Source: Pelagomonas calceolata
Lineage: Eukaryota
DNA length: 64,000 nucleotides
Direction of reading: 5' to 3'
Assembly: GCA_918797485.1 (NCBI GenBank)
Contig: CAKKNE010000003.1
Location: 2,914,001 to 2,978,000, forward strand
A program made the translations under genes and the position numbers. Positions 9,112 through 18,845 of the stretch are shown here, one piece after another. The notes below the pieces were generated by a model. It was not told where the DNA came from and made no database searches. It was given only the letters and a program-made list of their open reading frames with translations. Numbering within the stretch: position 1 is the first letter of the stretch; every line of letters starts with the position of its first letter.

Positions 9112-10269
9112 ATGCGTAGCGTCGCGACCGCGGTCGCCCTGGGCGCCGCCGCCGCCGCCGCCGCCGCGCCGTCGTATGGCGTCTGTTGGACACGCAACAA
9201 AGTCAACCACCGGCCGCCCAAGGCGCGCAAGCACGAGACGACGGAGCACCTCTCGTCGTCCGAACTGCGGAACCTCGTGCTCTCCGCCGCGTCGCTGAAA
9301 CGGCGCTTCCCGGCCGTGCCGACTTGTCTGTTCACGGACCTGCCCCCGGACCTGCTGGAACGGGCGATCCACGGCGTGCGACTCAAGAAGGGCGGCGAGT
9401 GGACGCACAACCTAAAACTCTTTGACGTGGTCCGGAACGACACGCGGGACGCATTCGTGAAGACGAATTTGACGGGTTTTGAACGGCGGTGGGCCGACGC
9501 GGCGGGGACGCTCGTCAATTCCCGAATAGGACGCATCGGGAATTTACAAAGGAGCCCCTTCGACGTCACGCTGTTTTTAGACGACGACACGTTCTTCTGC
9601 CCTTCCGTGGATGTGGAAGAGGACCTCCGCGCGCTCTCTACTTTACCTTCTCGCATCGCCGTGCGGGCGCACCCCTTCGACGTCCACGCCAAGGCCCCTC
9701 GCTTAAAGCAAGCGCACCGCTGCGCCTGGGAGGCGACGAAGCGGAAGAGGATGGGAGGGAACTTTTCGCTCGTCGCCGCGGAGGCGACGTGCTTCGACGA
9801 CCACGCGCCTCCCACTCTCTGGTGTTCCGGCGCGCAGGGCGGCGCCCTCCTCGTCGATAGACGGGAGGACGTCGCGAGTTTCGTCGAGGGCTGGCTCGCG
9901 ACCTACGTCAAACTGTACAAGGGCTTCGCATCACAAACGTGGAAGGGCCGCGGCCACTTCGGCGCCGACCAGACGGCCCTCCACGACCTCTTCGCCGCCT
10001 CGAAGCTGTGCGACAAGGGCGCGGCCACCGACCTCTCCTTCGGCTACCTGCCGAACGCGCTGAACGAGCGCACGCGGCCCAAGCGGGCGGACTGCGCGCG
10101 GCCGCGCTTCGCGCGGACGCGCGTGCTGCACCACAAGAACTTTGTCAACGAGGGGACCCTGGCCGAGGCCGCGGCGCGCGTCGACGGTTTTTGTGGTGCG
10201 GCGAACGGCGGCGACGGGCCGACGTTCGTCGCGAGCCGGCGCCCGCGCAGGTGCCCCTGGACTGTGTGA
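9112..10269 (+). CDS. Secreted/Golgi nucleotide-diphospho-sugar transferase-like protein
   Basis: Signal peptide; SAASLKR..CLFTD; SPFDVTLFLDDDTFFC (DxD); DQTAL; RVLHH. Confidence 0.65.
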   Translation: MRSVATAVALGAAAAAAAAPSYGVCWTRNKVNHRPPKARKHETTEHLSSSELRNLVLSAASLKRRFPAVPTCLFTDLPPDLLERAIHGVRLKKGGEWTHNLKLFDVVRNDTRDAFVKTNLTGFERRWADAAGTLVNSRIGRIGNLQRSPFDVTLFLDDDTFFCPSVDVEEDLRALSTLPSRIAVRAHPFDVHAKAPRLKQAHRCAWEATKRKRMGGNFSLVAAEATCFDDHAPPTLWCSGAQGGALLVDRREDVASFVEGWLATYVKLYKGFASQTWKGRGHFGADQTALHDLFAASKLCDKGAATDLSFGYLPNALNERTRPKRADCARPRFARTRVLHHKNFVNEGTLAEAAARVDGFCGAANGGDGPTFVASRRPRRCPWTV

Positions 10270-10542
10270 GTAATACTACCTGTGTAACACGCGTCGTCCC
10301 GCGGCGCCCGCGGCGTAGCGGTAGTGTATAATCGTGGGACTACTCGCGTCGCAGGGTCCTAGCCTAGCCTCAGCTTAACCGACGGGTTTTTGCGCTGAGG
10401 CTGAGGCTGAGGCTAGTTACGTCGCAGGGTTCCCCGTACCTGCGCGCGCTAGTGTCTTACGGGCCGCTAGTCCTGCTCGGCCGGCTCCATCCATGAGCAT
10501 GGGTTTAGACTTAACCCTTGCTGCTCTCAACTTCTCTGGAGG

Positions 10543-11810
10543 ATGAGAGGCTGTCTCGCACTGCCCTGCATTGCTGGAGCGCTCCTCGCGCCGACGCCGC
10601 GCGTCACAACAACGCTGCGGCAATCTCAAGCCGCGCCGGAGCGCTTCGAGCGCGCCGATGACGCGGAACGACTCGCGAAGCGGATAGAAACGGTGCTGGC
10701 GCGGCGGACGAGCCGGTTGATCGTCGTGCTCGAGCGCCTCGTGGACGGCCACAACTACAGCGCCATCTTCCGGACCTGCGAGGCCCTGGGCGTCCAGCAC
10801 GTCTGGGTCGTCGCACCGCCCCCGGGGGCCGCGCGCTTCGAGAGCAGGAGCTCGCTCCGCCGGAAGGCGAAGGCGGAACGAGCGAGGCAATACGCCGCGA
10901 ACGACGCGAACCGACGCGCCGACGACCAGCCCGTCCGGGCGGGCTCGCGCAAGGACCGGCGGCGGCGGAAGGCGGCCGACGCCTGGACCGCGGACGACGC
11001 GCTCGACGCGGAACACGCGGTTCACGGGAGGGGGGCCGCGCGCTTCCTGTCCGTGCGCGACTTCGCGTCCCACGCGGAGGTGATCGCGGCGGTGCGGGCC
11101 GTGCCGCGCTGCGAGCTGTGGTGCTCGGACCTGGGCCAGGACGCGTCGGTCCTGGCCGACGGCGCGCCGTGGCTGCGCGGGCCGCTGCCGCACCGCGTGG
11201 CGCTCTGTGTGGAAATCAAAATTTTACGGCGCGTTGCTGAATCTTCGCGTCGACCTCCACGCCATCGATGCGACGCCTGCTCGATGGCGTGGCGATGCCG
11301 GTTCCTCACCGCTCGACGGAGCGAGCACGGCCGCGTCATCCGAGAAATGAGCACCCGACACGCTGGTTGATTTCCACACAGGTGGCGCTCGTCTTCGGCA
11401 CGGAGTCGACGGGCGTCTCGAACGACCTCCTGGCGGCGTGCGACCGGCGGGTCTACGTGCCGCAGCACGGCTTCGCGGACAGCCTGAACGTCGGCGTCGC
11501 GGCCGCCCTGGCGACGTCCCACGTTCTCAAGTTGGTTGGGGGCGGCGGCGACCTGGTGGAGGCGACGGACTGGGTGCCCGAGGCGCCCGACGAACTGAGA
11601 AGCAAGTGGGCCGGAGTGCTCTGCCGCGACGAGGCGCAGCTCGCGGCCATCCGCGCCGCCGCCGGCGACGTGGCGGTCCTCGACGACCTGCGGCGCGCGC
11701 CCGAGTTCCGGGGGCACACGGGCCGGCCGACGAAGCTCACGCGGCGGGCGGAGTTCCGGAAGCGGCGGGCGCTGGAGGGGTCCTCCGGGTCGTCGTCGGC
11801 GTCTTCGTAA
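10543..11810 (+). CDS. SpoU/TrmH RNA methyltransferase; exons 10543-11196 and 11382-11810
   Basis: VVLERLVDGHNYSAIFRTCEALG; after splicing HR|VALVFGTESTGVS..VYVPQHGFADSLNVGVAA (SPOUT motifs). Confidence 0.88.
11205..11381 (+). mobile_element. Introner (MITE-like non-autonomous DNA transposon acting as an intron)
   Basis: Perfect 15-bp TIR CTGTGTGGAAATCAA (11205-11219)/TTGATTTCCACACAG (11367-11381); 8-bp TSD GTGGCGCT at 11197-11204 and 11382-11389; GT-AG intron 11197-11381 restores the frame. Confidence 0.92.
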
Positions 11811-12235
11811 TACTATGTTTGTCTCATTCTCCGAACACACCCGCGCGTCGCCATTTTTTACCTTTCTCCCCCGAGGGCTGGTCCCAGATGTCGCTGCAGG
11901 ACGAGACGCACCTGATGGGACGCTTATAGACGTCTGAAATCCACCTTGAAAAACCCGTCGCCGGATCGCCGCAGCTCGACAATTGACGGGCGAAGCTGCT
12001 AATCTCCGCACGGTCCGGCGTTGACAACTATCTGAAGCCGTCACGGACGCCTCCATACCGCCTCAGAGCGACTGGCACAGCTCCGTACGCCGCGCTGCTG
12101 CTCCTAGCGAGCATATTGCCCTCCACCAGCGAGGTGCAAAAAAGCGCCGCGGCGCGCGCGAGGGGCACAGATCGCGCACCCCACGCCGCCGCGAGCCACC
12201 CACCACACTCACCGCGCCGCGCCGCAGGTCGAACC

Positions 12236-13408
12236 ATGTCGCACCGCAAGTTCGAGGCGCCGCGCCACGGCTCGCTCGGCTTCCTGCCGAAGAAGCGGAC
12301 GCGCCACCACTCCGGCCGCGTCCGCTCTTTCCCGAAGGACGACGCGTCGAAGCCCTGCCACCTGACGGCCTTCATGGCTTATAAAGCTGGCATGACGCAC
12401 GTCGTCCGCGACGTCGACCGCCCGGGCTCCAAGATCCACAAGAAGGAGATCGTCGAAGCCGTTTCTATTCTGGAGGCTCCCCCGATGACCGTCGTCGGTC
12501 TAGTGGGCTACGTCGAGACCCCGCGAGGCTTGAGGAGTTTGAGCACGGTCTGGGCCGCCTTTTTAAGTGAGGAGGTCAAGCGCCGCTTCTACAAGAACTG
12601 GTACAAGTCGAAAAGGAAGGCCATGACGAAGTACGCGGCGAAGTGGACGGGCGAAAGCAAAGACGTGGACAGAGAACTGGAGCGCATCAAGAAGTACTGT
12701 ACTGTGGTAAGGGTCATCGCCCACACGCAAGTCAAGAAGCTCAAACTCAGACAGAAGAAGGCGCACGTCATGGAGATCCAGGTGAACGGTGGTGGTTCCG
12801 TAGCGGAGAAAGTGGATTATGCCAAGGGCCTCTTCGAGCAGGAGGTGCCCGTGGACACGGTCTTCAACCAGGGCGAGATGATTGACGTGTGTGGCGTGAC
12901 TCGCGGTCATGGTACGGAGGGCGTCGTGACGCGGTGGGGCGTGACGCGCTTGCCGCGCAAGACCCATAGGGGTTTGCGCAAGGTGGCCTGCATCGGCGCC
13001 TGGCACCCGTCCCGAGTGTCGTTCAGCGTCGCTCGCTCCGGCCAGAACGGCTACCACCACCGCACGGAGATGAACAAGAAGATTTACCGCATCGGCAAGG
13101 CCGGTGATGCTAAATCTGCTAGTACGGAAGCGGACCTCACGGAGAAGTCCATCACGCCCATGGGCGGCTTCCCGCACTACGGCGAGGTCAACGAGGACTG
13201 GCTCATGCTCAAGGGCTGCGTCGCGGGGTCTCGCAAGCGGTGCCTGACCTTGCGCCGCTCTTTACACGCGAACTTCTCGCGGGTGCAGATGGAGGAGATC
13301 AACCTCAAGTTCATCGACACGTCGTCCAAGTTCGGCCACGGCCGCTTCCAGACGCCCGACGAGAAGGCCAAGTTCATGGGCCCGCTCGCGTCGAAGACGC
13401 GCGCCTAA
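12236..13408 (+). CDS. RPL3: 60S ribosomal protein L3 (uL3)
   Basis: [51 protein letters not shown]. Confidence 0.98.
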   Translation: MSHRKFEAPRHGSLGFLPKKRTRHHSGRVRSFPKDDASKPCHLTAFMAYKAGMTHVVRDVDRPGSKIHKKEIVEAVSILEAPPMTVVGLVGYVETPRGLRSLSTVWAAFLSEEVKRRFYKNWYKSKRKAMTKYAAKWTGESKDVDRELERIKKYCTVVRVIAHTQVKKLKLRQKKAHVMEIQVNGGGSVAEKVDYAKGLFEQEVPVDTVFNQGEMIDVCGVTRGHGTEGVVTRWGVTRLPRKTHRGLRKVACIGAWHPSRVSFSVARSGQNGYHHRTEMNKKIYRIGKAGDAKSASTEADLTEKSITPMGGFPHYGEVNEDWLMLKGCVAGSRKRCLTLRRSLHANFSRVQMEEINLKFIDTSSKFGHGRFQTPDEKAKFMGPLASKTRA

Positions 13409-13496
13409 GCCTCGGCATTTTAGTCACTGGGTCTGGGGGGGCACGGCGATGGCGTCATTCCGAGAGTACCTAGGACACTGTTCTTACACACCTCGC

Positions 13497-14561
13497 TTAG
13501 CCGAGGAGGACGGAGCCGGAGACACATCTTTTTTTATATATTAACCGACGGGTCCCGTCGATGTTACATCTGTTCGCCTCGGCACGTGTGTAGAGGGACC
13601 AAGAGCCGCCGGCGGCTCGCTCGAATGCCTTGCCGTTCCACAAGAAGACGACAACGCGGCCCTCGTGGGCGCAGGCATGCCACACAGAGGAACCATGAAT
13701 CTCGGGCACCGCCTCCTCACTCCACGTGTTGGACTGGGGGTCGTACACCAACGGACTTTGGCGGGAACTGAATAGAAACAACTTCCCGTCCACGACGACG
13801 CCCTTGGTTTTTCTTGCACCACTTCCTGGATTTGACCACCCCTGTGGTGGTGCGCCGACTCGCCACGTCCTGGTGGCGATGTCATAAATCTGCAACGTCG
13901 TCAAACCCTCACCATCCGCAATGAACAGCTCGCTGCCAATGACGCCCGACGCCGCCCGCACGCAGGCATGCAGCATCGGAGGCAGCTCCTCCCACAACCC
14001 AGTTGCTTCGCTGTACACATGGAAAGAATTAGTAGGGATACCAGTAGAACTACTGATGCCGCCAGCGACGTACAGGAGACCAGCATGCCACATGAGGCAG
14101 TGCACACCTCTGACCTGTGGCAGCGTTGCGAAACGTCTCCATCGGCGTGACGAGGGATCCAACGCCAGAATTTGACCGGGAGTGTCCTCTGCCGTCGGCG
14201 GTGACCAGCCCCTAGTACAGACAAACAGCCTCGCACCGCCGTCGGTCGTCGTGCTGTAATAAGATAGACGGTTAACGGGAATGGTTGCCATGACGTCGCT
14301 CTTGTGCGCCGTTTTTATTTGCAGCCCGCCGTCTCCACGAAAGACGGTAACAACGCCGCGCTCCGCGAAGCCATACCCTCGGCGGGCCGCGAGAAAACGC
14401 GGGCCAGTGATGATCCCGCGGAATGATTTACAGACCGACGCCGCCGCGCGGTGATCATCTAAAGGGAGGCCCACAAGTACGCGCTGCAGGACGTCGTCGG
14501 GGAGATACCGCTCTCCCACAAGCAGAGGTGTAGCAGGAGGGGAAAAGCGCGAGGCCGCCAT
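13497..14561 (-). CDS. F-box/Kelch-repeat protein
   Basis: LPDDVLQRVLVGLP..ASVCKSFRGII (F-box); LYVAGG, WEELPPM, IYDIATRTW, YDPQSNTW (Kelch). Confidence 0.85.
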   Translation of the reverse strand: MAASRFSPPATPLLVGERYLPDDVLQRVLVGLPLDDHRAAASVCKSFRGIITGPRFLAARRGYGFAERGVVTVFRGDGGLQIKTAHKSDVMATIPVNRLSYYSTTTDGGARLFVCTRGWSPPTAEDTPGQILALDPSSRRWRRFATLPQVRGVHCLMWHAGLLYVAGGISSSTGIPTNSFHVYSEATGLWEELPPMLHACVRAASGVIGSELFIADGEGLTTLQIYDIATRTWRVGAPPQGWSNPGSGARKTKGVVVDGKLFLFSSRQSPLVYDPQSNTWSEEAVPEIHGSSVWHACAHEGRVVVFLWNGKAFERAAGGSWSLYTRAEANRCNIDGTRRLIYKKRCVSGSVLLG

Positions 14562-14789
14562 TGCTGTGGCAATTATTAGTCGATTAACGGCACTGCAAGA
14601 ATGCCAGCAATGGCGGTATGGCTAGCCGCTTTGGAAACATCCGCCTACATCCTAGTGCCTTACATGCCGCTAGCTGCGTTTTTTGCGCGCGGCGAGTTGC
14701 CGCGGCTGCCAAAATATCCAAAGGTGGCGCAGTGCGTGCAAAACACGCGCGCACAAAATTTTGCAGTCGTTCGGCAGACAGGTGCAAAA

Positions 14790-16469
14790 ATGGCGGCCTG
14801 GACCGACGCCTACAAGAAGTGGGACGCCTTCGAGGACAGCGACGAAGACGAAACAACAATAAACGACGAGCTCGTCGTCACGCCGCACGCGCCGCGCGAG
14901 ACGCCCGCGACGGCCGCCGACGTCTTCTTGAGGGGGCCCATCCTCGACGCCGTCCAGCGGTCCCGTGTGTATGGGGACGGCAAGGCCTTCGTGGACATGC
15001 CGCTCAAGGTGGCGCCGGGGCAGGCCTTGTCGGCCTTCCGCAGCGTGTACGCGGGCGACAAGGACGAGCTCCGTCAGTTCATCGAGGCGCACTTCTGTGC
15101 AGCAGGCTCCGATTTGATGCGGGCGCCGCTACCAAAGGACTGGACGCCGGAATTTCCACAAAGGGTCGACGCGGACCATGTCGAGTTGATGGCGGCCATT
15201 CACGCGATGTGGCCGAAGTTGCTGAGGGTGTCCCGCGATGATTTTCCGGAAAGACGCACACTCATAGCGAGGCGCTTCCCCTTCGTCGTCCCGGGCGGGC
15301 GATTTCGCGAGGGCTACTACTGGGACAGCTACTGGATCGTCAAAGGACTACTACGGTCGGGGCTGAAGGAGACGGCAAGAGGTATAGTGCGCAACTTCTT
15401 GGACGACGTGCGCAATTTCGGCTACGTGCCGAACGGCAACCGGACGTACTACGCGGGCCGGTCGCAGCCGCCCTTACTCGCGGAGATGGTCTCTCTGCTA
15501 GATGATGACGCGCTGACGGCGGAGGCGGCGCCGCTTATTGAGATTGAATTAAGCTGGTGGTCCGGGCGCCGCGCGTCCGCCATCAAAGGCCTCGCGCGCT
15601 ACGGTTCTGATATGAGTGAGCCCCGGCCCGAGTCATATTTAGAGGACGTGGCGACGGCCGCGAGGGCCTTCACGCCGAATCCTGAGGCGGACCTCCGCTC
15701 TATCTTAAAAGAGCGCACGGAGGCCGGCGCGACGATTTACGGTGAAATACGGGCGGCGGCGGAGTCGGGCTGGGACTTCTCGAGTCGCTGGTTGAAAGGA
15801 GACGGGCTCGAGACGATCCGGACGCGCGACGTCGTGCCGGTGGACCTCAACGCGTTTTTGTACAAGGCGGAGCGGCGGCTGGCCGCGTTCTACGCGAGGC
15901 TCGGGCAACAGGACGACGCGGCGCGCTTCGCGGAGAAAGCGCGGACGCGCCGCGATCTGATGAACGCGACGTTCTGGGACCCCGCCCGCAAGCGGTGGCG
16001 CGACGTATTAAAGGATGGGACGTACGCGTCCCTAGGTCCTTCATTATCGGACTACGCGCCGCTCTGGGCGGCCATCGGGCCGCCCGACGGCGACGTCGAT
16101 GGGTTGATAGAGAACCTGGCGGCGACGGGGCTGGTCCGCGCGTTCGGTGTTCAAGCTACGTGTACGACCACGGGCGAGCAGTGGGACGCGCCGAACGCGT
16201 GGCCGCCGCTCGTGGACATGCTGGTGGAGGGCCTGCTGGGGCTGGACCACGACGGGGCGGCGCAACTGGCGCGGTCGATCGGCACGGCGTGGCTTGCGTC
16301 GGTCAAGGCCGGCTTCGAGGCGAGCGGCGCGTTCTTCGAGAAGTACGACGCGGACGCGCGCGGCAAACGGGGCGCGGGCGGCGAGTACGAACCGCAGGAC
16401 GGCTTCGGCTGGACGCTCGGCGCCGCGGCGGCGATGGTGGGGCGGTTCCATTGTGCCAGTGATGTGTAA
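14790..16469 (+). CDS. TREH: Alpha,alpha-trehalase (GH37)
   Basis: DGKAFVDM, PGGRFREGYYWDSYW, PNGNRTYYAGRSQPP, AESGWDFSSRW, QWDAPNAWPP, GGEYEPQDGFGWT. Confidence 0.95.
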   Translation: MAAWTDAYKKWDAFEDSDEDETTINDELVVTPHAPRETPATAADVFLRGPILDAVQRSRVYGDGKAFVDMPLKVAPGQALSAFRSVYAGDKDELRQFIEAHFCAAGSDLMRAPLPKDWTPEFPQRVDADHVELMAAIHAMWPKLLRVSRDDFPERRTLIARRFPFVVPGGRFREGYYWDSYWIVKGLLRSGLKETARGIVRNFLDDVRNFGYVPNGNRTYYAGRSQPPLLAEMVSLLDDDALTAEAAPLIEIELSWWSGRRASAIKGLARYGSDMSEPRPESYLEDVATAARAFTPNPEADLRSILKERTEAGATIYGEIRAAAESGWDFSSRWLKGDGLETIRTRDVVPVDLNAFLYKAERRLAAFYARLGQQDDAARFAEKARTRRDLMNATFWDPARKRWRDVLKDGTYASLGPSLSDYAPLWAAIGPPDGDVDGLIENLAATGLVRAFGVQATCTTTGEQWDAPNAWPPLVDMLVEGLLGLDHDGAAQLARSIGTAWLASVKAGFEASGAFFEKYDADARGKRGAGGEYEPQDGFGWTLGAAAAMVGRFHCASDV

Positions 16470-16490
16470 GTTACAGACATGTTAGGCACG

Positions 16491-17462
16491 TCACGGGGAC
16501 GCGGCGAAGGCTCGCTGCAGCGCCGCGCGCTGCGCGAGGCGGCTCCCCTCGCGGAGCGCGCCGGCGGCGAGCGCGGCGAGGCGTTCCGTAGCGCTCCGTT
16601 CCTCGAGGAGCGCCTGGAAGGCCGTTGCGTCAGCCAGTTCCATCTGCCGCAGCGCGTCCGACGCTCGTTCGTCGTTCTCGAGGATCCGCCGGCGGTCGTC
16701 GGGGGGCAGCGTCGTAATGTCGACGGGCACGGTAATGGCTCCGCCCTGCCGCACCTTGGCGTCTATTAATAATTCGTCGCGGTCCGCTCGCGCGTCGGCG
16801 GCCGCGGTGGCGAGGCGCGTCGCGCAGTAGCGCTGCCAGAGCTCGAGCGCCCTCCAGGAGGTCTCCGCCGTGGCGAGCGTCGCCGCTTCCTCGACGACGC
16901 GCTTCTCGTCGCCCTTCAGGCTTCGCGCGAGGAAGGCGAGCGCTGAGGCCGCATTGTCCGGCGTCGTATCGGTTGGTTGCTCGTCGTCGTAGGCTTCGAA
17001 CTCGCCGACGAGGAATTCGCCGCGGAGCCGCGCGCCAGCATCGAAGTAGGCGTCGCCGTTGCGGATCCCGACGAGCCTCCGGCGGCCCACGGCCGTGCAC
17101 CGTACGCGCAGCGCCCGCGGCGCGTCCCGCGGCCGCGCGAGCACCTGTCCCGTCGCGTCGCGCGTGGCGTTCTCCACGCCGTCGATGCGCAGCAGCGTCC
17201 CGACCTCGGCGCACGACGCCCCGTCCGCGTGTAACAGGCTCGCAACGAAATAATCCGCCTCGCGACACATGCGCACGTTTCGCGGTTCAGTGTTGCGCAG
17301 CTCTACGCTGCCACACGGCATGTACGTCGCGCGCAGCGGGTAGAGCGGGTAGCGCTGCTCGGTATTTGCTGCGTTGGTTGGCGGTGGCGCGTCGAAGCGC
17401 ACCCAGCTCAGTGCTCCGCAGCAGCTGAGTGTGAGCGATGTGAGAAGCAGAGTGCGCGGCAT
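16491..17462 (-). CDS. Lon N-terminal (substrate-binding) domain-like protein, probably plastid-targeted
   Basis: Signal-like N-terminus; PLYPLRATYMP..LRNTEPRNVRM, VGTLLRI, VRCTAVGR, LLEERSATERL. Confidence 0.6.
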   Translation of the reverse strand: MPRTLLLTSLTLSCCGALSWVRFDAPPPTNAANTEQRYPLYPLRATYMPCGSVELRNTEPRNVRMCREADYFVASLLHADGASCAEVGTLLRIDGVENATRDATGQVLARPRDAPRALRVRCTAVGRRRLVGIRNGDAYFDAGARLRGEFLVGEFEAYDDEQPTDTTPDNAASALAFLARSLKGDEKRVVEEAATLATAETSWRALELWQRYCATRLATAAADARADRDELLIDAKVRQGGAITVPVDITTLPPDDRRRILENDERASDALRQMELADATAFQALLEERSATERLAALAAGALREGSRLAQRAALQRAFAASP

Positions 17463-17831
17463 CTCGCTTCCGCGAGACGACAAATAACTCCTCCAGACGC
17501 CAGCAGTGCCAGCAGAGTGCAGGAGCTCAACACCTTGTGTGCTGCTTGCGAGTCGAAATTACCGCGGTATTGGATCGATGCGATTCTATGCGCTGCGATT
17601 GCGCTCGAGCACTGCGCTCAGGCTGCCGTAGCCGCTGCTTTGGCTGCCTCGGAGTAGTACAGAGCTAGCGGAAGCAAGACACTAGCACGAACCAGGTCGT
17701 GCGGCGCCGCGAGGGCCTTACGAGCCTAGCAACTTGTCTTGAGAGGAGGCAGAGGTACGCCAGGACCCCCAAGACAGCCTCCGCACGGCTGCGCGGCCAG
17801 CGCGCACGCTAGCGCGACAAAAAAAGGCCGA

Positions 17832-18695
17832 ATGGCGGCCGCCGAGTCGACCGCGCGCACGGTCGCGCTCCACCCCCTGGCCATCGTCGGCGTCTCGGAC
17901 CATTTTACAAGAGTGAGCGTCGGCGGGTCGCGCCAGGGCGCGGGCTCGCCCGTCGTCGGCCTGCTTTTTGGGATGCAGCGCGGATTGGAAGTAGACGTCG
18001 TCGACGCTATCGAGGTGCACCTGACGGAGGCCACAAAGGTCGACGCGCAGTTCCTCGAGCAGTCCAAGGCGCTCTATACCGAAGTGTATGAGGATCGAGA
18101 CCTCGTCGGATGGTACGCGGTCGCGCCGGCACCTACTGCGAACCACCTAGCGCTCCACGAGGAGTTCGTCAAGTACAACGAGAGCCCCCTCTTTTTACTG
18201 ATGGACCCGCAGCCGCAACAGGACGCCAAGGACCTGCCCATCCAGGTCTACGAGACCGAGGTCCACGACCTGAAGACCGTGTTTGCGACCGTGCCCTTCC
18301 AGCTCGAAACCACCCAAACCGAGCGCGTCGCCATGGAGGCCGTCGCGCAGACGGGGTGTACGGATCGGGAACTGATGCTCGACACGCACGTCGCCTCGCT
18401 GGACACGTCCCTGAAGACGCTGGCGGCGCGCGTGCGGGCTTTACGGGATTATCTCGCCGCGGTCCGCGCCGGCACCGTCGCCGCCGACCATTCTCTCCTC
18501 AGAAAGCTCGGCGCGCTCTGCGACCGCCTGCCTTCGTTAAAATCGGACGGCGCCTTCGAGGAGGCCTTCCTGCGCGACTACAACGACGCGCTCGCCACGG
18601 CCTTCCTCGCGACGGCGACGAAGAACGCCGCCGCGGTGAACGACCTCTCGGACAAGTTCGTGCTCGTGAACGCGCGGGGCTCGAAGCTCGTGTAG
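17832..18695 (+). CDS. COPS6: COP9 signalosome subunit 6 (MPN- domain)
   Basis: VALHPLAIVGVSDHFTR, VVGLLFG, LVGWY, YNESPLFLLMDP, ERVAME, LCDRLP. Confidence 0.9.
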   Translation: MAAAESTARTVALHPLAIVGVSDHFTRVSVGGSRQGAGSPVVGLLFGMQRGLEVDVVDAIEVHLTEATKVDAQFLEQSKALYTEVYEDRDLVGWYAVAPAPTANHLALHEEFVKYNESPLFLLMDPQPQQDAKDLPIQVYETEVHDLKTVFATVPFQLETTQTERVAMEAVAQTGCTDRELMLDTHVASLDTSLKTLAARVRALRDYLAAVRAGTVAADHSLLRKLGALCDRLPSLKSDGAFEEAFLRDYNDALATAFLATATKNAAAVNDLSDKFVLVNARGSKLV

Positions 18696-18845
18696 TAGTA
18701 GTAGTAACTCTCTCCTGTGCTCTAATTTCTTGTCACGATGCTAGTGTTACAGGGGAATACATACGGGCGGGATCAGACGCCGACCGATCGCCGCCCGCGA
18801 CCGTGACTCATAATTATGCGAAGCTTAGTCGTCGTGGAAGGGCGC

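Noticed and set aside
11881..11921. GTCCCA...CTGA-TGGGAC stem resembling a C/D snoRNA upstream of RPL3
   Set aside because: Only about 40 nt and no credible box C (RTGATGA).
12116..12235. N-terminal extensions in the ORF track for RPL3, trehalase, CSN6, GT2, SGT1 and TSEN54
   Set aside because: Begin at non-ATG or upstream codons in promoter-like DNA; conserved starts lie downstream.
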